A stretch of DNA of 64,000 bases from Catajapyx aquilonaris (taxonomy: Eukaryota): positions 1 through 64,000 of the forward strand of contig KZ538462.1 in NCBI GenBank assembly GCA_000934665.2, written 5' to 3'. The first letter of the stretch is position 1; the number at the start of each line of letters is the position of its first letter. The notes below the pieces were generated by a model that ran no database searches, had not been told where the DNA came from, and worked only from the letters and a program-made list of their open reading frames with translations. This document shows, in pieces, positions 38,737 to 50,151 of this stretch. A program made the position numbers and the translations under genes.

Positions 38737-40474
38737 ACATGCTTCAGTAAAAATTACGCCAGAACTTATCATTTTCCACCACCATCGTGCATAAAAACAA
38801 ACCAAAATCTCCAAAAACCAAACGACAGGTACGACGATAATCACCTTACTGGAGTTGTGGTTAACATCAAAAAAAATATTGAGACCCAGAAAAAAAATAT
38901 GCCCACAAATATCCGTGTGGTTTCCTTCCACAAGAAATAAACCACACCTTGGCCCTATTCCCTACCCTAAGGTATAAGGATGGAAAAAAAGAGAAGAAGT
39001 TGGAAAACGTGTTTGATTACCTGCAAAGCCCATTTGGCGTGACATCCGACCTTTGAACTTGAAGAACGTGCGCGAATACTTTACGCAACGGGATGCGATA
39101 ACCGGTAAGGGACACGACTCCACAACTTTAACCAAAAAAAAAAGAAGGAAAAGAAAAGAAAAGAAACGGAGTCGAGGTCCTGACTTGAGAAGTTTTCGTA
39201 TTACAATCCCTGACGCAAGGAAAAGAAACGAAATGATGGGAAAAAATTAACATGTGATGAGATTAATTAGTCGTACAGCCTTGCGTTCATTGCACATAAA
39301 ATTTTTACTAATGTACATATGAATATAATTGGAATATTCTGATCTACTAATAACCTAGCCTACATCCACCTATTTTAAAAAAACAAGGTTACGTTATTCA
39401 TTCCGGTAATCGCCATGAGAAAATCTTCATACTCATCATGAACAACCCAATATTAGTGGGTCATACTTTGTTATAAAAAAATAATATGAGTAAGAACCAC
39501 CCACATCCAACCACTTTTGGGTAAAGGGGGGGGGGGGTATCCTGCGTGGTTATTCCGGTTTCCCCATGTTCATTCGACGAGTTTAGAACTTCCGTTACGC
39601 CACGGTTTGATGGTTTGACCTGATCCAAGGTGCGAGTTAATTAAGTGGTGTCAGAAGTGGACAAAAAAGTGCCCATGGCGATAGGCCAGCTGGTCAACTG
39701 GTATATGTAGGTCTACTATCTCATAACCAGATATGTTATCCTCTTAGGATCACAAGAGAGGCTGAATTACCATTTGAAATGTAAAACAATAGCAAACAAT
39801 TTGAAATAATTTCAGCGAATATCATACCAAGAAAATATTAAAACGAAAGTGAAATTCGTCTCATTATTTACCCCACCAAAAATTACAAAAGCAGTTACTT
39901 GACCAGACTACCTGTCACATTGTTGTCAATACTCAAACCTTGCTTACAATGGATTTCATACACAATCGCCACTTAGCTTCTTTGACAGTTATTCCGGTTG
40001 AAAATCAGTATGCAAATGACCAATTCAATTCCCTTGGCTTCCGCTTACAATCGTCAAAGTTCGCACAAAATGTGGGTCAAAAAAAAAATGCCGGTAGCAA
40101 ATAAGGAAACCGTGTGTGAAAATAGGAGGAGCCTCTCTGGTCAAAACAATTGTTTGGGTTTCTAAACAGCATGCGTTCAATCAATTCCATTCCCATAGCT
40201 TTCGTTTTTGCCCCAAGTCATTCCACTCGCAATCACGGTAAAAAAATAATAACAAAAAAAATAACAAAAATTCCTAATTGGAAACTATTGGTACACGCAT
40301 TGATGCATTTAGATCATTGGCGCAGGAAAAGGGGGGAAAAAATCTCTCTCACGATATGTGACCCAATGTTTAGTGAAAGTGACCGGGGATTAGACTGATC
40401 TGAATGAACTATCACTGCAATGTGCCAATGTTGATGAAATATGTAGTTATCTGTTCAAACAGTATTTTCACTAT

Positions 40475-40535
40475 CCAAAAAAAGTTTCGGCCAGATTGAT
40501 CCTTATGGTCGAATCTGGCCGAAACTTTTTTTTGG
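40475..40535. repeat. Short inverted repeat / hairpin
   Basis: CCAAAAAAAGTTTCGGCCAGATT ... AATCTGGCCGAAACTTTTTTTTGG, arms of about 23 bp. Confidence 0.8.
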
Positions 40536-43512
40536 CAGACATTAAGTGAACATTCTACATTGTTACTATAGCTATAAAACATGTGCAATTAGCACCTGCA
40601 GTACACCAACCTTTGTCTCGGTTCCACTGTCCAACAATGTGCCGGCACCTCACATTGTCACTACACCACAACAGTACAAGGAGAGTTGTTTGAGCAGCGA
40701 TCCTCCCACTTCGGAGTCCCCAACCACACTGTTTGGTGAAAAGTCAGACCCCCTTCCATCCATTGCCCATTCCCCCCCTCACAACCTCCTCCTCCCCCGC
40801 ACACCTCGTAACACACCGTTAATCCTCCGGGGGGGGGGGGNGGGGGGGGGGGGGGGGCGGACAGGGGTTCAACTCCTATCCTCTTCTTTTTTGGAGGTCG
40901 TTGTGATGACCCATACCTGCCACAAATAGCGAGGGAACACATTTGTAATTTGCATTTTTGAAATAGGCAGTGCAGCTACCAACATATCAATTAAACCAAT
41001 ATAATTCACACGCAATAAATTACTCAATCAAAAAGTAGCCTATCATTATTGCGGAATATATGAAATGCTTCACCCTTTATGCACAATATCTCCCGAGTTT
41101 CTCGCCAATATTGTGTAATAAAGGGCCATAAATATGTTGATGTGCACCATTGGTCACGAGAGGTTTCAATCTGGAAGGTGCAGTCGAAGTTCTAGTCACG
41201 AATGGTTCAACAGCGTGTCCGTGGGTACAGCTATATTCCTGCTTGATTTGAGGTTCATTCAAGTGGTCCATTGCCCTGACCGATTTGTCACGTTCAGTAC
41301 ATAACGTGGGGCTGTAATAAATTAACCAAGTGGGTTTGATAGTATTTTTTTTAAATACTGTAGTTGCACTCTACAAAGTGTACAATCCGTAGAATAAATA
41401 TAGTGTTGCACTAACCAGGCAGTTTATCCCATGCTCCAATAGTAAACACATACCATTTTTTTTTAAACGTCTTGAAGCTACTGGAGAAGGTTCATGGTGA
41501 GTGACCTGGTATGGTATGAGGATCAAGTGAATTTATGCCATCAGAAAAAACGCCAATACTCCAAATCCAACTTTCTTTTTTGAAATGCAAGTCCTCTCAC
41601 TTGACATCTTGTCACTCACAGTCACTGCTGAAATAAACAACTGAGCTGTGCTTTGGTGCTAGTAACTCCAAGATGTAAGTTCAGACTTGCATCTCTAATC
41701 TCTCCTACTCAGGTATACTCATAGATAAATTACTCAACTTCCATCAGCCTAAATGACTCTGACCTCACCTTTCATGAACAGAAATGTTACATATTTCTGG
41801 ATTGTTTAGTTCAATGTCAGGCAATAAAATAATGTGCTTCAAGGCCTGATTGGGTCATCTGTAAGTCTATTTGGAGAGTGGAAATGAATGACATAAACTG
41901 GAGAAAAACCAGAAAAGCACATATTTAATCAATTTAAACTCATTCCATTTCGTCCAATCTGGGATTCAAGCTTGAGAGCTCAAAGATGGAAAACTCCACT
42001 ACACTATGTGTCATCAAGAGCTGGTGTCATCTACTACATTTTGTAACAATGATCTCAGCTTAGACAGTTGCTCTCAGTGTGTGATGTGCTGCAGAACTGC
42101 CCATAGCTACGTACAGTACATGCATAGCTGAAATACGTATAACAAAGGTCAAGATAAGTTGCCAATGTATTGAGTCCGTGGGGATGTATTGAATTAAAAT
42201 ATTACATCTGTATTAGTACATTTTTATTGGCAATTCTACCATCTGAATTGTTCACAATTTATTAGTGGTAACCCTTTAGTCTTAATGAGAAAAAAAAAAC
42301 TCTTACAAATCCTGCTGCGTTCAAGTATTTGGCGAAAAGCAATAGTTAAAGCCAAGATTTGTTAGAACTAGGCAAATAAGCTTTACTTTATGAATCAATA
42401 TGGTGTATAGGCAGGGGAAAAAAAACACAATAAATGCTTTACATTTCTTACAATGTCATAATGGGCTTTTCATGACAACCATCATAATAGCCCCCTGACC
42501 TTCTTGCATGCTGCGGCTTTCTTGTGATGCAGGATTTCAATTATTATGTGTGACCGGTAGTTATTCATTCATTTATTGCACCAAGAGCTCTTGATTGCAC
42601 TCATGGCATATTCCCAAGATGGGGTTACCGGATAGTACCAGCGCAACCAGCAGCGATGACCAGGTACATAATCTATGTGGAAATTAAATGCTTCCTACCT
42701 TATTGGTGAGACTGTCTGCTGCTGAGGAGGCAAGAGAAGATCCAACTTCTCTCTACTACTGGGTGGATGGTACCAAGAGCTCTTGATGGTACCATGTTGA
42801 CCATTCTTAACCGGCTTTCCATTGCAGATGCTGTACACTGCAAGTTGAGTAAGTGAAACTGGCCTTCTTGTGTCCCAAACTGATACAACACTGGTAAGTG
42901 TCTTATGCAGCATCAGAGTCAATCACAGGTATCATAGGTAGGCGATGTGCTTCACCTTGTCATAAAAACTTCGATTTGAACGTGCCTTCACTTGTCATTA
43001 AGCCATTTCCATTAGCAGAGGTACCAACGTTTGGAAAATTATACTGTTTGTAACGGTTTGTAACCACCTTAAATGACATTAACAAAGCCGTTATATACAT
43101 TCACTAATAATTTGTAATTACTTACGCATCATGTAAAAATTCAATGAAGGTCTTAAAATGCGTATAAAAAATAAATGGTACTATCCCTCGTACTATCCGA
43201 TGCAGATCCGATGGCATCCGGCAATGTTGGCATGCCTGAGTACACGATGCCAGATACATGTTAACATCTACATTATTAACCACTAACAACTTTGCAAAAA
43301 TTCACAAGAAATTATTAACTTCAAGTGATATTTTCCACATTTTTATCTCCCACAAAAAATATTGCGCATGTTTCAACTTGCAAACGTGAACTTTGAGCGA
43401 TCCAAGATGGCCGCCAGTTGATGAGAATTTTTCGCGCATTTTTGCACATCTTTGTCGCTTTTGCATGAAGTCTGGGCCTCTGGGAACAGGTTTGCATTCA
43501 GGGGCCGCTGGA

Positions 43513-45524
43513 ATGGAGCCGACAGACATCGAGGATCCCATCAGGACAGTTACTGAACTCAAGGCTAGTCCTAAATAACAATGCATTACAAACATACACA
43601 CACAGATCATGAAAATATCTGGGTCTAAAGCATATCATGCTGTGTTTGAACTTCATTACTATTACTGTGGCTTTTGTCAGGAATAAGAGTGTAATTATTA
43701 CAGGTACTGGACAGTCTGCTTCGGTGCGAGATATGCTACGAGTACATCAAGACATGCGTCATCACCTCATGCTCACACTCGTGTAAGTTGAGCTCGTAAG
43801 AGGCTGTCACGTTAATTAGATGTGAAGTAACCTGATTATGTGCCTTCCAGTCTGTTCCCTGTGCATCAGGCAGTACATGAGCTACAAGTGCCAGTGTCCA
43901 AAATGCTTCGAAGAGACAACGGAAGGCCAGCTGAGGCCCAACCGACTGGTGGATGACATAGTGACTGCCTACGGTCTCCTGAGGGACAGTATTGCGAAGA
44001 GGCCATTTGCGGTTGAAGCAGGACCTGCGCAACCAGCAGCAGTGGAACCCCTGGTTGTGCATAAGCCTGTAGTTGTGGAACCACTAGTTGCGCAGGAGCC
44101 ACCAGTTGTCGAACGAAGGGTTGTGCGTAAATCCCCAGTGCTAGCGACAAAGCGCAGGAAAAGCCCAGCTGTAAAGCCAGTGTTAGCGGATGACTGTGAA
44201 AGTTTTCCATTGGAAGTGATTCTATCCAATGGAGTAGAAAATGAAGATAGAACTGTTAATAAAAGTATTGTTAGCAAACCAGCCGCTAGCAGACCTCCTG
44301 TCTTAAACTGGCAAGACTGTGAAGCAGGACCGAGCAGTAGTTCTGGCCCAAGGGCATTTGTTCGTGTGGGTTGTCCTGTATGCGGAGTAGAAGTCCCTGA
44401 CCGGACCATCAATTTACATCTAGACAAGTGCCTGTCACGAGAGCATGGGACCAGTTCTGGTCCAAAGACAAGAAGAAGGTTTGTCACTGTGATCTTCTGT
44501 TGAAGCTAATTGCATCAAATGAGATGTACTTCACAGCACTTTCAATATTATTAATTATGTTCCCTCCCTTTCAAAGCTTTCTACATCACATGTGTATTTT
44601 CAGGACATCCGATAAAGGGAGGAAGCCTCTTCCGAAGCTGGTGTATAACATTATGACAGAGCGGGACATGAGGAAGAAGCTGAAGGAGCTAGGTCTGAAT
44701 TGCAAGGGAGACAAGAAGACCATGGTCTGGAGACACCACCGATACACTTTGCTATATAATGCAGAGTGTGATTCGCTTAACCCGAGACCTGTGGCTGACA
44801 TTCTGAGGGAGGTGGAGGCCAATGAGAGGAAGCTCTCTGCTGTGGCTGGAGGATCTTCACAAGGGGTGAGGAATCTCGTTATTAAGACCATGTTAATGTA
44901 AGTTTAGTTCTATTAGGAGTGTATGTAGTAAATAGAATTCTTCAAGTTTTTTGAAGGCTTGTGAGTGTTGATTTGTAAGAAAGTTCACTCATGAGTATCT
45001 GCATTTTAAAACCAGAGTATGCTTTCCAAGAAGATATAAAATTGGTTTGGTTGATGCATATTGCAATCGCCGCAAGCTAATTACTTGATACCACACGAAT
45101 CTAACAATTTTAAAATCAATCTCCAGATTCTCCGCGTGGATAGGAAAGCCAATCCAGCTGTAATAGAAGAAAAGCAGAAGGAGTACTGTAAGTTCACTTG
45201 ATCTTCCTTGTGCTCACATTTTGTCGAAGGTTAGTTAACCATAATATTTACCTCACAGTGCAACAGAACCGAGACCACTTCCAGCAACTAGTGTCAGAAG
45301 TGAAGCGGCGCAAAGTTGTAGCTGTTCCCGAAGAGAAACCCTCAGAACCTGAAACAGTTAATGTTGAGTCGGACATTGAGGACATAGAGTCAGTTATAGA
45401 CGATGATTCAGAAGACTTTCCACCATCAAGCCAGAGTGCGTACTTCTCACACAGTCAATCAAGCGATGATTTTGAAGATGACCCTTGCATGAAAACAAAA
45501 AAAAGAAAGGCAAAAAAGAGGTGA
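43513..45524 (+). CDS. RAD18: E3 ubiquitin ligase RAD18, about 448 aa
   Basis: Exons 43513-43563 (AAG|GCTAGT, GC donor), 43704-43782, 43851-44478, 44604-44865, 45127-45187, 45259-45524. RING (LDSLLRCEICYEY...CSHSFCSLCIRQYM...CPKC), UBZ (CPVC...INLHLDKC), SAP (KPLPKLVYNIM...LGL..KGDK...RH..YTLLYNAECDS), basic C-terminal NLS-like tail. The first exon is least certain. Confidence 0.9.
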
Positions 45525-47138
45525 TGATAATTTTGTAAATACTAGTGTTTAATGAGCTGCACATATACACCTTTACAATCTAAAGTTTGTTGAGACATGT
45601 CAGGCACAGATGTTACTCAGCCTGGAAACTGTTGGAAGACCAGTAATATTTATGAACATTAAAACATTTTTACGCCATGATCATGCTTATTGCTGAATAA
45701 TTTTTGTATAATAAATAACTTATCCAATGTTCTTGATGGTATCAACCGAAATTATATTTTTTCTTTATTCATGAGACGAACTCTGAACCCCCACACAAGT
45801 CCTCTGCAATGCAGTGTTGAAATGTCACTAATCCAAGATGGAATTGTTGCTGCAGGAATTATCACTAGCGGCAATTAGGTCATATCCACGTGCCCTTCTC
45901 CCTGGAATACCCCTTTCTAATCTTTTGCAATCGCAATTACCAATCTGAGAAGTCTGACAGCAACTTGTCTCAGAACCAAAATCAATACAGTGATGACATG
46001 ATCAGGTCAAACAATTTTGTCCTGATTAAACTGATACAGATGCAAGGCATTTAAGAATTAGCAGCATGAATAAGGCTTCACAATAATTATTGATGACTCA
46101 CTTTAAATATGTGATGCTGTCAGTAATAATGTGATTACGTATCACACAGATTAACACTACAGACTGTTTGTGCATATTATTATTAACTAAAATAAATAAC
46201 TACATGTTAATGAGTAACAAAAAATATGGTGATTGAGCTCTAAAAAGTACAATATTTTGATAAATATTTGGCAAAGCTCACAATCGTACCGTTCACAACC
46301 TAGAGAGGCAAAGAGTGTATGCGAAAATTGCTGGTTACACCGGATTTCACTGCCAAAATAAGGGGACGACATCACAAGTGAGTGACAGGGAAGATGCCCT
46401 CCTGAAATTAATAAAGGACAAAATGTACACATTACTTGAGTTTTGCTCATATTTGTCTAACTCTTACATATGCTAAGATGGCTATCCTGAAATGCTACCG
46501 TACGTGTTACATTACTGTTCTGGCACCATAATCACGACCATAGGTGAAAAATAATGGCAATAACTAGGCATGGAGAGAGAGACAGAGGAATGCAATGTAT
46601 GATTACAATGGATTGTCTACCAGATCTTTCGTATTCCCCTTCTTTGTCATGTACATTCCACTTTCAGCCCATTTATTTGTACCCTATTAATTTAACCTGC
46701 GTAGTATGGCAAAAATCACCCCGTCATAATGTTCTAATAATATTAAACATTACATCAGATTCGAGGGAGCTCATTACATTTCAGTCAATTGAAGGCATGC
46801 GTCAGAACATGCTAAAGTGGAGGAACTACTTACGACTTGTACGTCATGTCATGTTAAATCTGATTGTGCAACTAGCTTGGACACAGTATTGCTACTTGAT
46901 TCTAGGGCAGTTACAGGTAGTGCTTTGGAGAGCAGGATAATTTAATTCTAGTTTAAAAGCCTGTTCATTTAAGTAAATATCCAACTCCTTAACTCGTAAT
47001 TACAACCTTAAAATTGCAGCAATCGCAATGGGATAATATTCATTTCCACCAAACTGTACATAATCTTGAGACTAACTCTGACATGTGCTGAACAAATCCT
47101 GATGTGCTCCTCTTTAATCTGGCGTGTCTCTCGACTTT

Positions 47139-47428
47139 TCAAACGTTGTAAGTCACATTTGCGCTGGAATGGTCCTCTCTCTGCTTCACCTGCCTGTACC
47201 TCCTCCTTGTTGTGGGCGCTCCCCATGACTGCCCATGAATCCTCTTCATGTGCCTGTCCAGAGTGAACTTGCGAGCAAAGCCACTGACTTGGCACACTGG
47301 ACAGGTCAAGTTAAGCTTGTGGACTTGCTGATGCTGCTGGAGGGAGACCCTGTGTGTAAATGTCTTGTGGCACAGTTGGCACGCCCACTTGCGGTTTGGC
47401 CATGGCTCTAGTTCTTCCAAGGGTAGTT
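47139..47428 (-). CDS. fru: fru-like gene, alternative terminal zinc-finger exon 5 (two C2H2 fingers)
   Basis: Acceptor TTTTTGTCCTCCACAG in phase 1, matching the common-exon donor. CQLCHKTFTHRVSLQQHQQVH and CPVCQVSGFARKFTLDRHMKRIH. Confidence 0.7.
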
Positions 47429-48855
47429 CTGTGGAGGACAAAAATGTGGTGATGACTCGCATGTTACTGGTCATAAATTGTGTGCCTGCATTACACAAAT
47501 ATTTACTCTACATCTCACATAATCTTAACAATTATATTTCGAAATCACTTTATTCACCATTGATACATGTGCTGAAAAAGCTCTACAAAATTTCCCTAAT
47601 ATGTTGCAAAATAATACAATAAATACTCTTCAAATAAACACACATTAGGAACATGCACCAGAATGCGTACTAATCAACCCTTGCATGAATGTCGGTGCAT
47701 GTTCCACATTAAATAAATCTGCTCTATGTATTTATACTTGTATCCTACAATTTGTACCTCTTACTGGGACATAATGGAATTATAATATTTTTTTTTCTCA
47801 TTTTGTAGTCTGCTCATATTGGCACACTGAACACACACGAGTCACAAAAAAATAAAGATTCCTTTTTTTTGAAAGCAAATATAAACCCCACAATTAGCAA
47901 AAAGGAAATACCACTCTCGTAGAGCTATCACAAAATATCTTTGTCCACCTACCTAACGTCCACCACAACTGTATTATATGCAGAATTGTGGCAGAGAAAC
48001 CTTAAGCAGCTAAGAGTTCAATGTAAGCAAAAAAATAAAATAAAATCATTTTGAGATAGGCACGTACATCTTTATGGAAGTAGCTAGATCATATAAATAA
48101 ATATATTAATCACTCCACACCACAGGGTCACATTATACGTAATTGCACTATAACTACATTTGCAAAGAAACTAAAGATATTACACAAACTTTTAAATGCC
48201 AAAAATGTTCATCCAGCCAAGGCAATGGACCTGAGTTTATTACGCCAAACAATGTGCTGAGTCAACATTAATTTGCCAAGTATTTAAATTTTGCACTGTT
48301 GTCTAAACATTGCAAAGAAAATGCTTTTGGCTGGCTCATGACACTTTTGTATGCAACTGGGTATGTTTCACAATTGTAGTTATTGCGTTTGTTCAGTGCA
48401 ATTCACTTTTTTTTTCATCACATAATTTTGTACACACTGACTAGTACATTTCAGCAATGTAACTTAAGCAAACTATAAAATATTCGAATACAACACTAGA
48501 GTAAGCATAGCTATGGTCGCTCATAAATAATGACATCACGACAGTGTGCAGGATACCCTAATGTTTCGATGGATCCCAGTCATTACTGAATGACTGAAAG
48601 TAATGCCATGATGACCCAACCACAATGAACATCGCTGTTGTGCCATGTACATAATGGTCAATAATGTCGCAAAAAAGATATAAGAGCCTCTTCAAAATAA
48701 ATGTAACATATATTACTAGAGTATTTCACTGGTACGTCTCTTAGCAATTATTATTGGTTGCAAGCCACTTCCTAGAATTTATGTAAGTTTTGGCCCAGAG
48801 GATAGCTCACTTAACTGAATCAAAGCAGTCATGTATAATCAATTTGTACGTTTTC

Positions 48856-49604
48856 TCACATGTGCACAGTTGCAGCTACACATGACCCGCTACCATGTTG
48901 CAAATGCACTTGCAAGTATGACCTTCGTGAGAAACATCGCTTGCATGTGGAGCACTGGTACTTCTTCAGGTGTTCCTTGTTGTAATGACGGGTCACAGAT
49001 GTTGGAAACTTGAAGCTCTTACAACACAGCTTGCAGAAGTAGAGGCGTTCTGAGGTTGACCCACCCCAATCTTTGGGATCAGGGTTATTTTGCCCCGGCC
49101 CTGCCCCAGGCCCACCCTGGGACGGACGCTCAAGGTAGCCTATGTAACTCTCACCGTGAAGAGGTGGGCGGCCACGAGGCTTTGGGTTGGGATTAGTTGG
49201 CCCGGGGAAGGACTGAGGCAAAAAGATACGCGGTGGCGCAACATGAGTCTTTGGTATGTTCGGAACAGGGGCACCGAAGCCGTCACTTGTGGTCAAGTTC
49301 AATCCTGCATTGGATACGATGCTTGGGGCTGCACTTAGGGCAGAATTAACTGCACTGTTCAAGACACCGGCAGGGCTGGAATTACTGGCAGAGATGGAAC
49401 TAGTGCTTATGTTTGGGAAGACATTTTGCATCAAATGGCTTGACTTGGCTGGCGATGTCAGCTCTATGACCGATCCCTGGCTGCTGGTTTCTTCCTCTTC
49501 TCCCATTTCCTCCTCTCCCTCCCTACCCTCCTCTTCCTCCTCGACATCTTCAACTTTGATCAGGTGGCGTTCGTCCTCAGGATCCTCATCCTGAGCACCA
49601 ATGC
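48856..49604 (-). CDS. fru: fru-like gene, alternative terminal exon 4 (acidic stretch, AT-hook-like motif, two zinc fingers)
   Basis: Acceptor TTTTTCCTCTTCCTCCCCGCAG, phase 1, open for 749 nt. KPRGRPP motif; CKLCCKSFKFPTSVTRHYNKEH; CSTCKRCFSRRSYLQVHLQHGSGSC. Confidence 0.75.
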
Positions 49605-49990
49605 CTGCGGGGAGGAAGAGGAAAAAACCAGCGTTAACTGATGCTTCTTACAGTTCCCCAAGAGAGTGCATATCACATGACTGACTTTGCAAAGCCCCTT
49701 ACTACCCTCTTGATGCTGTTAGATTATTGTTAAATAATGCATGCTGGTTTTCTAGATGGAAGGCTTGTTACCAATAGATATGTAGTTTAAGGAGTCAATC
49801 ATGTAAATTCCACGCCCTCAAGAATCTTACGACATCAGCACAGCAACTGAGGAATTACTGCTTCTGTCAATCTGTTAAATGTGCCCAAAGATGCTGATGA
49901 AAATATTTGCAATGCAAGCATTATGGTTTGATGTAAGCACATTTCCAGAGATTCATCGGAATGAGGAAATAATATCAAGTGGTCAATGTA

Positions 49991-50151
49991 CAGTCGGTTA
50001 AAGGAGTACGTTACCAGACCAGACCTAGAAATTAGCCTCCAACAGAGGTGCTGTCTAGGGGAGTGCGAGTTATTGCATCAGGGGGAAGCAGCACCTCTGT
50101 TGGAGGCTAATTTCTAGGTCTGGTCTGGTAACGTACTCCTTTAACCGACTG
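49991..50151. mobile_element. Tc1/mariner-type MITE with perfect 63-bp TIRs
   Basis: 49991-50053 is the exact reverse complement of 50089-50151. CAGT...ACTG termini flanked by TA. Confidence 0.85.

Noticed and set aside
29376..41271. Numerous 60-140 aa ORFs in the intergenic block
   Set aside because: They run through homopolymers, have low-complexity composition, and show no domains or consistent splice structure.
41880..42010. Decayed minus-strand SINE remnant
   Set aside because: Too degenerate to define boundaries or boxes.
45985..46040. Box C/D snoRNA-like motifs (GTGATGA...CTGA)
   Set aside because: Too short, no convincing terminal stem or guide, and not in a same-strand intron.
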